Below are positions 50,305 through 59,510 of a DNA stretch of 64,000 nt, piece after piece. The stretch's first letter is position 1. Each line of letters begins with the position of its first letter. The translations under genes and the position numbers were made by a program. The DNA is from an uncultured Acidimicrobiia bacterium (lineage in GTDB: Bacteria; Actinomycetota; Acidimicrobiia; Spongiisociales; Spongiisociaceae), in NCBI GenBank assembly GCA_964516495.1, contig CAZEZF010000002.1, positions 1,231-65,230 on the forward strand. Reading direction: 5' to 3'. The notes beneath the pieces are model-generated. The model saw only the letters and a list, made by a program, of their open reading frames with translations, was not told where the DNA came from and did no database searches.

Positions 50305-51229
50305 CCAGAATCCCGGGCGCCCGGCTCCGAACGGTGGACAGATCATCATGGTCCTTGATTACCGATCCCAAGCTGAGATCCAGGTTGTCGGAGGTCACCT
50401 GATCCTCGCCCAGCTGATTGAGCGCTCGCGCCCAACTGATGGTCTCCGCCACGCCGGGCTGTTTGACCAACTCCAGGTCACGCAGCCGGGCCACCACCCG
50501 GGTGGTGCTCCGAGCGAGCCGCACCGGTACTTCGGGTGCGCGGGCGACGACAATGGCCACCTCTCTCTCCAGGCTGGGGAAGTCGATCCAGTGATAAAGA
50601 CAGCGGCGCTTCAGGGCGTCATGCAGTTCTCGGGTACGATTGGATGTGATGATCACCGGGGGTGCCGCCGAGGCCCGCACGGCGCCTATCTCGGGAATGG
50701 TGATCTGGAACTCGGACAGGATCTCGAGCAGGAACGCCTCGAACTCGTCGTCCGCCCGGTCGATCTCATCGATAAGCAGGACACACTCCGAACCTCGCCG
50801 GATGGCTTTCAGGAGGGGTCGTTCGACGAGGAAACGCTCGGCGAAGAGTTCATCCCGGTCACCTGATTCCGGCGGGTCGTCCGCCGATTGTCGCAGGTAC
50901 AAGAGTTGGCGCGGGTAGTCCCACTCGTACAGAGCCTGGTTGGCGTCGATACCCTCGTAACATTGGAGCCGGATGAGTTCGACCCCCAGCCCGCCCGCCA
51001 GCGCCTTGGCTACCTCGGTCTTCCCTACCCCGGCCTCTCCTTCCAGTAGCAGCGGCTGGGGCAGGGTAAGAGAAAGATAGATGGCGGTCGACAGACCTCG
51101 GTCGGACAGGTACGCCTGGTCGGCGAGCATCCGGGTGACATGGGTTATGTCACCGGAGAACCCGGCGTTGACGACTCCGGTCAAGGACGTTCGAAGATGG
51201 CCGCCAGTCCTTGTCCGCCGCCGATGCAC
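50294..51229 (-). CDS. MoxR-family AAA+ ATPase (CoxD-like)
   Basis: Walker A GEAGVGKTEVAKALAG, Walker B LLIDEIDRA. Confidence 0.75.
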   Translation of the reverse strand: MHRRRTRTGGHLRTSLTGVVNAGFSGDITHVTRMLADQAYLSDRGLSTAIYLSLTLPQPLLLEGEAGVGKTEVAKALAGGLGVELIRLQCYEGIDANQALYEWDYPRQLLYLRQSADDPPESGDRDELFAERFLVERPLLKAIRRGSECVLLIDEIDRADDEFEAFLLEILSEFQITIPEIGAVRASAAPPVIITSNRTRELHDALKRRCLYHWIDFPSLEREVAIVVARAPEVPVRLARSTTRVVARLRDLELVKQPGVAETISWARALNQLGEDQVTSDNLDLSLGSVIKDHDDLSTVRSRAPGILDGV

Positions 51230-52356
51230 ATCGTCACGATGCCGCGCCGCCCGCCAGTCCGTTCCAGGGCGTGGAGCAGTTTGATTACCAGGATGGCCCC
51301 GGTGGCGCCCACGGGATGCCCCAATGCGATAGCGCCGCCGGAGATGTTGGTCTTGTCGGGATCCAGGTCCGCGTCCCTGATCACGGCTACCGCTTGGGCG
51401 GCGAACGCCTCGTTGAGTTCCACCAGATCTATATCGTCGAGGGTCAAACCCGCCTTGTCGAGCACCTTGGGGATAGCGAGAGCCGGAGCGTATCCCATCA
51501 CCTCAGGATCGATACCGCTCACCGCCCAGTCAACCAGCCGCAACCGCGCGTCGGCGCCTCTGGCATGAGCCGATTTCTCGCTCATAAGCACCAACGAAGC
51601 AGCCCCGTCGTTGATCCCGGACGAGTTACCCGCGGTAACGGTGCCGTCTTTCACGAACACCGGACGCAGCCGGGCGAGGCTCGCCTCGGTCGTGGCCGGC
51701 CTCGGGTGCTCATCAACCATGAACGGCTCCTGCCGGGGTACGTCTACCGCGACGATCTGATCCTCGAAGTGGCCCTCCTTGATAGCGATAGCGGCGCGGT
51801 GTTGACTTTCGGCCGCGAACCGGTCCTGTTCACGGCGGTTTACGTTGTAGCGTTCGGCCACTCGCTCCGCCGTTACACCCATCGGGTAGTCGCCGAACGG
51901 ATCTGTTACCAGCGAAAGAGTGCCGTCCACCAACTTGCGATCACCCAGCCTCCAACCGTTGCGAGCCTTGAAGTCGAGGAACGGCTGGCTGCTCATGTTC
52001 TCGTTGCCCCCGGCGACCACGATGTCGGCGTCTCCCAGCATGATCTGCTGGGCGCCGGTGATGATCGCCTGAAGTCCGGAGGAGCACAGGCGGTTGACGT
52101 TCATGGCGGTGGTCGAGGAGGGAAGGCCGGCCTCGAGAGCACAACGCCGGGCGTTGTAGGCGTCAGGGCCGACTTGGCCGATCTGACCCATAACCACCTC
52201 GTCGACCTCGCCGGTTTCCACCCCGGCCCGCTGCAACGACTCCTTGACGGTGACAGCGCCGAGTTTGTATGAGTCGACCCTGCTGAGAGAGCCGCCGTAG
52301 GCGCCTATCGCGGTACGCGCCGCCCCGACCACAACTACCGGATTCACATTTACCAT
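51181..52356 (-). CDS. Acetyl-CoA C-acyltransferase (thiolase)
   Basis: Active-site NVNRLCSSGLQAI, C-terminal GHPVGATGA, CIGGGQG. Confidence 0.85.
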   Translation of the reverse strand: MVNVNPVVVVGAARTAIGAYGGSLSRVDSYKLGAVTVKESLQRAGVETGEVDEVVMGQIGQVGPDAYNARRCALEAGLPSSTTAMNVNRLCSSGLQAIITGAQQIMLGDADIVVAGGNENMSSQPFLDFKARNGWRLGDRKLVDGTLSLVTDPFGDYPMGVTAERVAERYNVNRREQDRFAAESQHRAAIAIKEGHFEDQIVAVDVPRQEPFMVDEHPRPATTEASLARLRPVFVKDGTVTAGNSSGINDGAASLVLMSEKSAHARGADARLRLVDWAVSGIDPEVMGYAPALAIPKVLDKAGLTLDDIDLVELNEAFAAQAVAVIRDADLDPDKTNISGGAIALGHPVGATGAILVIKLLHALERTGGRRGIVTMCIGGGQGLAAIFERP

Positions 52357-52624
52357 GTCCGTTCCTTTGTATAACGGTGACTGCCCGAACGCAGGTCCCT
52401 TCTCCGGCCAAACCCGCCAGGTACGACCGACTCTCCATCCTAACCCTTTCCGTGTCCTCAACTACCACAGAAAGAGTCCCGGTTCCAGATAGGACCCTAG
52501 GGTGAACTCGGGCGATCGCCGTGGTTGAGACGTGGTTTTGGCGTGAGAGCATGTACCACATATGAACCGAAACCCGCGGGAGTTCGTATCTATGATGCAA
52601 ACGAGACTAGACATTCTTAACCCG

Positions 52625-52643
52625 TATCTCTAGAATAGAGATA
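52625..52643 (+). promoter_or_regulatory. Perfect palindrome TATCTCTA-gaa-TAGAGATA abutting the ATG of the 52643 gene (candidate autoregulatory operator)
   Basis: 8-bp arms, 3-bp spacer, overlaps start codon. Confidence 0.45.
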
Positions 52644-53182
52644 TGGAGATAGTTAAGCTATTTTCAGGGGCGATAAGTGGGGCAGACTTCGCGGATGATC
52701 CACACTCGGTCAAGTACATGGGCGAGTTGGATCGACACTCCGAAGCCTTCCACCGTCTCTTTGAGCTACTCAATGATCCTGCTAACGAGCAACGCCTCGT
52801 CGATGCCGAGACCCATGATCTGCCGGCCTTGGCCGGCATCGTCCGGTTCGTCGAGGAGGAACCGGCCATCAGGTATGTGCTGTCGCGCGGGCGATCAAGT
52901 CTTCGATTTCGCCAGGCGGTCGGAGTGGCGGTAAAGCTGAAAATGCAGAAGCTCGGCCGGCGTACGACAGGTCGAAAGGGCGTTGTGAAGAGTGCTGTGT
53001 ATTTCACAAGGGCTGAGCGCTATATCGCCGATCCCGACGCCGCTGCTAGTTCCGCGTCAAGTGCGCTTGAGGCACTTGACGCGGTGGCAAGCATGGGCGA
53101 TGAGACGGAACGCCTCCAGACCGGGCGTGAGCTGATGGAGGCCCTGGCGGCGACTCGGCGGAGCGCGGGTCGTCCTTTCTGA
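52643..53182 (+). CDS. Hypothetical protein (179 aa), first gene of a pair with a PIN gene
   Basis: No recognisable domain; stop 3 nt before the GTG of the PIN frame. Confidence 0.35.
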   Translation: MEIVKLFSGAISGADFADDPHSVKYMGELDRHSEAFHRLFELLNDPANEQRLVDAETHDLPALAGIVRFVEEEPAIRYVLSRGRSSLRFRQAVGVAVKLKMQKLGRRTTGRKGVVKSAVYFTRAERYIADPDAAASSASSALEALDAVASMGDETERLQTGRELMEALAATRRSAGRPF

Positions 53183-53184
53183 GG

Positions 53185-53632
53185 TGTTGATACTGCTTGA
53201 CAGCGGTCCGCTGGGGCTTCTTAGCAACCCGACTGTCCGTGGGTCGGGACGCGATGCCCGCGTATGGGCGCGGAACCACCTTGTATCCGGCGCGCTTCTC
53301 ATAGTCCCCGAGATAGCCGACTACGAGTACGCCGTGAGCTGATCAGGGCTGGAAAGCAGATGGGCGTGGCGCGACTCGACGAGTTGTGTGAAAGTTTCGG
53401 TTATCACCCCCTCTCAACCGCGATCATGCGCGATGCAGCGTGGCTGTGGGCTCGGGCTCGTAACCAGGGTTACCCTACGGCTCATGACGCGGCGCTTGAT
53501 GGCGACGTCCTCTTGGCAGCGCAAGCCCGCCGCCTGAAGGCCGAACAGCCTACCGAGACCGTCGTAGTGGCAACTACGAACCCCTCCCACCTAAGGCGGT
53601 ATGTCGATGCCAGGGTCTGGCGCCAGGTGTGA
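53185..53632 (+). pseudogene. PIN-domain (VapC-like) gene with a frameshift near 53330
   Basis: VLILLDSGPLGLLSNP...VPEIADYEY in one frame, continuing RRELIRAGKQ...DAALDGDVLLAAQA...VVVATTNPSHLRRYV in track ORF 53264..53632. Confidence 0.5.
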
Positions 53633-53806
53633 GGCGGAGGCGGACTGTAGTCGCAGGAGTAGGGCTTCCCGGAGAATCAGTAGAGACCTCGGTGTCTCAG
53701 GAGACGCAGGTAGGTTTCGATACTCCCGCTGGGAGCGGCTTCAAATCCCGGCCCGTGACCGTGCGTCCGGCGCCTCGGTAAAGCCCAGAAGTGGTGAACC
53801 CCCATC

Positions 53807-53909
53807 AGGAGGGTGCCGGGAAACCCCCGGCTTGGCCCGACATCCGATGGTAAACTCCCTGGTCAGCGGACGGAGGGCCAATCTAATCACCCGTTTTCAG
53901 CACCCTCCT
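53807..53909 (-). repeat. Repeat family C copy 1: about 100-nt structured element closed by GGAGGGUGC/GCACCCUCC pairing, starting at the stop codon of the deaminase gene
   Basis: About 80 percent identical to 63083..63181; internal hairpins (ccggggguuucccgg etc.). Confidence 0.55.
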
Positions 53910-54900
53910 AGGAACTCCAGTATTCCTGCTGGATGGTGGAGGATTCGGCGACCAGGTGGGGTCCCCTCACCTCTATATGGCGCTGACCGGTACCCAGGAT
54001 CTCGCGGCAACCTACACCGCGCATGGTCGGGTTGAGGGGGTTGGCGCCGGTGTATTCCAACAGGTGGTGTTCGCTCATGCCGTACACCAGCCGGTTGAGG
54101 CCGCCCCAGTACATGGATCCGCTGCACATGGCGCAGGGTTCGCAGCTGGTGTAGAGAGTGGCGTCCGCGATCTGTTCGGAAGTGAGTTGGTCCACCGCCA
54201 TTCGCATCAGGTTGGTCTCGGCGTGGTTGAGAGGGCTTTTGCCGGTGATGTCGGAGTTCTCCGCCTCAAGGAGGATGTTTCCATCCGGGTCGGCCAGCAG
54301 CGCCCCGAAAGGCAGGTTTCCGTTGGCCACGGAGCGTTCCGCGACCTTGATCGCCCTCCGCAGCAGTCGCTCATCCATCTCGCTCAGGTCGCCGGTTACC
54401 GGTCGGGGGCCGCCTTCGGCGAAGAAATCGATGTGTACCGCCGACGCCTCCTCGATAAGGTGTGGTCCGCTCACCTCTATATGGCGCTGACCGCTGTCGA
54501 AGATGTTGCGACATCCCACGCCCCGCATCGTGGCCGTGCCGGGATCGCCTCCGGTTATTTCGAGAAGGTCCAACTCGCTCATGGCATAGACCATGCGGTT
54601 GAGCCCGCCCCAGTACATGGCGCCCGAGCACATGGCGCAGGGTTCGCAGCTGGTGTAAAGGGTGGCCTCGGCGATCTGTTCCGGGGTGAGGGTGGTAACC
54701 GCCAGGTTCATGAGGTTGGTCTCCGCATGGTTGAGCGTGTTGCGCCCGGTTACCCCGGTGTTCTCCGCCTCGAGCAGGATGTTTCCGTCACGGTCGGCCA
54801 TGATCGCCCCAAAGGGCATGTTCCCGTTGGATACCGATCTGGCCGAAACCTCGATCGCCTTTCGCAGGAGCCGTTCGTCATGTGAGCTGAGTACTGTCAT
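53908..54900 (-). CDS. Tandem-domain nucleoside/nucleotide deaminase (two CDA-fold TadA/guanine-deaminase-like domains)
   Basis: HAETNLM ... CEPCAMCSG zinc motifs present twice; the two halves are about 75 percent identical (504-bp internal tandem repeat). Confidence 0.7.
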   Translation of the reverse strand: MTVLSSHDERLLRKAIEVSARSVSNGNMPFGAIMADRDGNILLEAENTGVTGRNTLNHAETNLMNLAVTTLTPEQIAEATLYTSCEPCAMCSGAMYWGGLNRMVYAMSELDLLEITGGDPGTATMRGVGCRNIFDSGQRHIEVSGPHLIEEASAVHIDFFAEGGPRPVTGDLSEMDERLLRRAIKVAERSVANGNLPFGALLADPDGNILLEAENSDITGKSPLNHAETNLMRMAVDQLTSEQIADATLYTSCEPCAMCSGSMYWGGLNRLVYGMSEHHLLEYTGANPLNPTMRGVGCREILGTGQRHIEVRGPHLVAESSTIQQEYWSS

Positions 54901-55156
54901 GGAAAGATGCTATTGGGACCGACCTGTTACCGGGGTCTTATTCAGCTTCATTCTACGCAGGGTAGTTGCAAACCGGATCCTGGGCGGGCCCGCCGTTGAT
55001 ATCCCACAAAGAGATACGGCCGGATCGCTGGACTCGGGCAGGCGTCATAGAAGCCGTCATTCCGCACCATTAGGTCGAACGAGATTCGAGCCCCTTCAGT
55101 GGAATGGCCTACCCCCTCCGGCTTGACGGGGCGAACAGGGCAGAAGGCCAGTGAGG

Positions 55157-56323
55157 TTATGTTGCTCGACCTACCTCACTCACCAGGTCAAGTAGCGGTA
55201 CAGCCTCCGTGTCCGGGGTGACCCGGTAGCGCTCCTCTCCGGGATAGACGACAAACCTGGCTTCCGGTTGCACATCGGTACAGCCGCTGTGGAAGCCTTT
55301 GCGGGGCCGGGGCGTAAGGCTCCTTTTCGCTTCTATCGCCCACGGGCGATGGCCGGGCAAAGTGATGATCAGGTCGATCTCCGCTCCGCCCGACGATCGG
55401 TAGTAGCTCGCCTCGCTTCCGTCCGGAAGCCGAGATATGAGGGTTTCGATGACAAAACCCTCCCAACTTGCCCCGACCACCGGATGCCCTAGTAGGTCTT
55501 CCTTCGAGACAAGGCCCAGCAGAGCATGCACGATCCCGCTGTCACGGACATAGACTCTCGGGGACTTGACAAGACGCTTGCCGACATTCTTACGCCATGG
55601 CGGTAGGCGCCGTACCAGCAGCAGGTCCACCATAAGGTCCAGGTAGCGGGAGACGGTCTTGCCGTCCACGCCGAGCCCGCGCGCGAGGGCGGATGCGTTG
55701 AGTGGACCTCCTTGGGAGTGGGCCAGCATCACCCAGAATCGCCGGAGGGTTTCGGCGGGTATACGGGGGCCGAACTGGGGGATGTCGCGCTCGATATAGG
55801 TCCGGATGAAGTTCAGTCGCCAGCGAAAGCTCCTGCGGTCATCGGCGGCCAGGAAGCTGTCGGGAAAGCCGCCTCGCACCCAAATTGAATCCCGTTCGCT
55901 TGCATCAACCTCTGACACGTCCAGCGGACCGAGTTCAAGGTAGGCGATTCGTCCGGCCAGGCTTTCACCTGACTGTTGGAGCAGATCCATCGAGGCCGAC
56001 CCCAGCAGCAGAAACCGTCTCACTCCCCGGCCGCTTCGTCTTCCCTGATCTATGATGCCGCGCAGGGCTTGAAACAGGCCTGGGGTTCTATGCACCTCAT
56101 CCAGGATCACCAGCCTGTGCTGATGGCCTGCCAGATAGAGTTCGGGTTCGGATAGCTTGGCGTGGTCGGATGGTGATTCCAGGTCGAGATAGACGGAGTC
56201 GATCGCGTCGGCGATCTGCCAGGCCAGGGTGGTCTTCCCCACCTGCCGGGGTCCGATCAAGGCGACAGCAGGGTATTCGGATAGCAGTTCATGCAAGTGT
56301 GGGAGCAGGCGGCGGGGAATCAT
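55157..56323 (-). CDS. COG1373-type AAA+ ATPase (AAA_14 + DUF4143), second copy in window
   Basis: Walker A GPRQVGKTT, Walker B VILDEVH, DUF4143-like C-terminus. Confidence 0.6.
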   Translation of the reverse strand: MIPRRLLPHLHELLSEYPAVALIGPRQVGKTTLAWQIADAIDSVYLDLESPSDHAKLSEPELYLAGHQHRLVILDEVHRTPGLFQALRGIIDQGRRSGRGVRRFLLLGSASMDLLQQSGESLAGRIAYLELGPLDVSEVDASERDSIWVRGGFPDSFLAADDRRSFRWRLNFIRTYIERDIPQFGPRIPAETLRRFWVMLAHSQGGPLNASALARGLGVDGKTVSRYLDLMVDLLLVRRLPPWRKNVGKRLVKSPRVYVRDSGIVHALLGLVSKEDLLGHPVVGASWEGFVIETLISRLPDGSEASYYRSSGGAEIDLIITLPGHRPWAIEAKRSLTPRPRKGFHSGCTDVQPEARFVVYPGEERYRVTPDTEAVPLLDLVSEVGRAT

Positions 56324-56482
56324 CCTTGTAATTATGGTGTGACATGCCAGAAATGCAAGGATGACCGGGTTCTCCGAGGGTTTTCGGGATTGTGATCGAC
56401 ATGAACAGAATGCTGCAATCCTCGCAGCCGACGGCCGGCAAACCGTCTCGAATCGACCCTACTCAACCACAGTGGATCCAGG

Positions 56483-57286
56483 TTATGGGGCTTGACCCGC
56501 TGTTGGTGTCTGGTTCAGGTGCATCTTGCGCAGGGAGTGGCGAACCAGATCCTGGGCGGACCTGGCGCTGATGTCCAGGAATCCATCCGGCCAGCCTTCC
56601 GAAAGGCCGCCGTACTCGTTTATCTCCGACTTCCGGTAAGTCGTGATGCCGTCACTCTTCTCCGCGAATAGGAGGGTGACCAGTTCCCTGGTCGTATCGG
56701 TCTCATCTGACGCCACCTGGGTCCGCAGTTGATTGACAAGATGGTCGCTGTGGGTCTCCACGATTATCTGGCGGCCCGCTCGAACGAAAGCCAGGAGGAA
56801 GTCCGCAAGTCGCTTCTGTAGCGCCGGGTGAAGGTGTAACTCCGGCTGCTCGAGTATCAACAGATCCGCCGGAATACTCAACAAGCACTGCAAGATGACC
56901 GGCAGCACCTGACTAACTCCTGTACCGACCGCCGAAAGGTAGACGGGCCTTGGTGCATCGGATACGTGGACGCTCAGAGCCCGCTGTCCATAGCGATCCC
57001 GCACCTCCACGTCCACCGCTTCCGCTATACCGAACCACCGGAGCCACTGGTCCATTGCATCCCGAAACGGAACCAGATCCTCATGACCGGTGGGTAGCGG
57101 GACGTTAACCCACCGATCACTTGATCCATCCAGCACTATGGCCGCGTTCTCGCCGCGGGTACCGACATGTGTATTTTCCAGCCGAGTCATAGACGCAGGT
57201 CCTTCCTGTGGAGATACCCGCACTGGACCTAGATAGTGAAGCCTCGAATCAAGTAGTCCGTCGGACGCAGCCTTCATCCATAACAA
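56483..57286 (-). pseudogene. SMC/ABC-like AAA ATPase (AAA_21 + DUF3696-like) lacking its N-terminal Walker A region
   Basis: LHYLGP, Walker B LLILEQPELHLHP, H-loop ETHSDHL present; P-loop absent; MITE copy 5 lies immediately upstream. Confidence 0.5.
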
Positions 57287-57604
57287 TGGGTGGTCCTCCT
57301 CCGAGGCATTTTGTTTGTCCTAAACGTCGATCAACCAGCATCCGGCGTCTTCGGCAACCCGGATCATGCTGTCTCTGGTTCTCTCATACACATAGGAGGC
57401 GGAGACCGTTTGATGGTCTGGGCGTATCTTTAGTTCTCCGGCCTCGGTCTTTCGACCCGACTCCAACCCATCACCCGTTGCTTCGACACCGAAGTTCCCT
57501 GGAAGCGTGAGCGTAGTGAGCGCCCCTTCTATCAGAGGCCAGAAGGACTCGTAGTGGGCATGACCTAGTGTCCCGAATGTCTCGACCCAGTTGTCGACCC
57601 TTAA

Positions 57605-57805
57605 CCCTGATTCTTCATGCCCCAGACACACCGACCTCAAAAAGGCCATGTCAAGCGCAGCACCGTGGGGCGTCCCGGCGTTCACCTCAGGGTGAAGGGT
57701 AACACCCCAGCCAGGCGGGGCCACCAAGCGGCTATCTTCCCAGGTCAGAGAGTTTATTGCATCTTTCTCGGCTACCCAATCAAACCCCTGCATGAAAAAT
57801 TGGGG
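57605..57805 (-). mobile_element. MITE family A copy 5 (201 bp), perfect TTAA target duplication (57601-57604 / 57806-57809)
   Basis: Full-length, both TIRs. Confidence 0.8.
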
Positions 57806-57970
57806 TTAATGCCCCGACAGCCTCCAATTCCTTCACATCATCCAAGGTGAGCATCACTTCGTAGCTGGTTGCCAGGTTCAATAACCGTTGCAATACGGTC
57901 CCGAGGTTACCGCAGGAGTTAAGAAGTTCCAGAGCCAAGCAAACCGGGATCGAGTTGGAGGGGCGGTCCC

Positions 57971-58489
57971 TCATAGAGAAGAGCGGAGGTACAGTCGGCA
58001 GCCGGGCTTCTGACAGATGCGCCCTCTTGGGATTTGAAGTCCCCATCTGGGGTCGAATCGGCCGCGGAGCGGTAAACCGGTGGAAATGTCCTCCCAGTCA
58101 CATGGCTGGCCGATCGCGACATCACCGACTGCTTCCAGGCTCTCAGGAGCAATCGCGCCGGTCAGGTTTCTCATCTGGTCTTCCCAGATGACGGAGCGCG
58201 TATCAGTCTGGACGACGACGGTGTAAGGCAAGGTGGAGCTTTCTGGTGGGATGGTGAGGTCGAAGGCTGTCGCGAGTTCGGTGTTGGAGTGAACGAGCAT
58301 GATCTCGGCAAACCTCCGGAGGTGGTGCGAGTCCAGCCGGAGGACAAGGACCATGCGGTCGAATGTGAACGACGACCCGGTCATGTGAACTGTTCGTAGC
58401 TGTCCAGGTTGTACGTCGATTTGAACAGGCGGTAACCTGCGGCGGGTATGCCCGGCCAATGCGGCTTTGATCGCTCGGGGTACGCTCAT
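57971..58489 (-). CDS. Hypothetical protein (extent uncertain)
   Basis: Long ORF without recognisable domain in a decayed region. Confidence 0.2.
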   Translation of the reverse strand: MSVPRAIKAALAGHTRRRLPPVQIDVQPGQLRTVHMTGSSFTFDRMVLVLRLDSHHLRRFAEIMLVHSNTELATAFDLTIPPESSTLPYTVVVQTDTRSVIWEDQMRNLTGAIAPESLEAVGDVAIGQPCDWEDISTGLPLRGRFDPRWGLQIPRGRICQKPGCRLYLRSSL

Positions 58490-58904
58490 GTGTCTGTACT
58501 TCCGCCAAGCGATGAACTGATCGCGGCAAGCAACTCCTCCATCACCGCAACGTGGTGGCTTGCGTCGAAGCGGCCCAACAGGTCCGTCGCCAATCGACGG
58601 AGAACCCTCCGTTTCCGCTGTGCAACCCAGGGCCTTTGATCGTCCAAGACGTGCGGCCACCTCCCCGTCTGCGATACCCTGGCTTTTGCTCATAATGATC
58701 CACTGCTCAGGCTCACCGAGGTCTAGCGCGAAAACCTCCACCGCTGTTTCATCTCGACATCTTCCAGTGCTGCCCCGGGAGTCGGCTTGTCCGACGGGTA
58801 GTCCCTCTCAGTATTTGAAGGAACGTTGGAAGCCACGATGTCAACAACTTCTCGAGAATCCGCGCCAAGTCCCGTTCGCTTATGGTGCTGACCTCGTCTC
58901 TTGT

Positions 58905-59510
58905 CTAGTCCTGTGAAGTCGCTACCAGGTTCAGTAGATATGGATCGGTGATCGGGGTCTGGGTTATTTCCGCTATGCGGTAGCCGGATAGCGCTTCTTC
59001 TATCGCCGCCGCGATGGCGGGCGCCGGACCGATGATCCCGGCCTCGCCGGCGCCTTTCGCTCCCCAGGGCATCTCAGGCGCCGGTGATTCGAAGTGAAGG
59101 ACCGTCATATCCGGGATCTCCGTGGTGGTGGGGAGGTGATAGTCGAGGAATGAGGTTGACAGAGGGTTAGCCCACTCGTCGTAGTGGAGTTTCTCGAGCA
59201 GCGCCCCTCCTATACCCTGGGCTATCCCGCCGACCACCTGGCCTCTGACGATCTGGGGGTTGATCACCGTGCCGCAATCAAGGGCGACTATGTATTCGAG
59301 CACCCGGACCTGGCCGGTCCCGACATCGACCGAGACGATCGCGGCGTGGGAGGCGTTGGTGTAGGTGGCGGCTGCGTTGACCCGCCCGTACTCGTCCGGT
59401 ACGTGCTCGATTCCGGGAGGGTCATAGGTGGCGGTCGCTTCCAAGCCCGGATCGACGCCCGAAGGCAGGTCAACGGTCCTGATGTTGGCGCGCGGTGGTG
59501 ATCGGCACAC
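58905..59510 (-). pseudogene. C-terminal ~200-aa fragment of a second xanthine-dehydrogenase-family Mo-binding large subunit
   Basis: VDVGTGQVRVLEYIVALDCGTVINPQIVRGQVVGGIAQGIGGALLE...WGAKGAGEAG aligns with the C-terminus of the intact 40422..42797 product. Confidence 0.65.
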
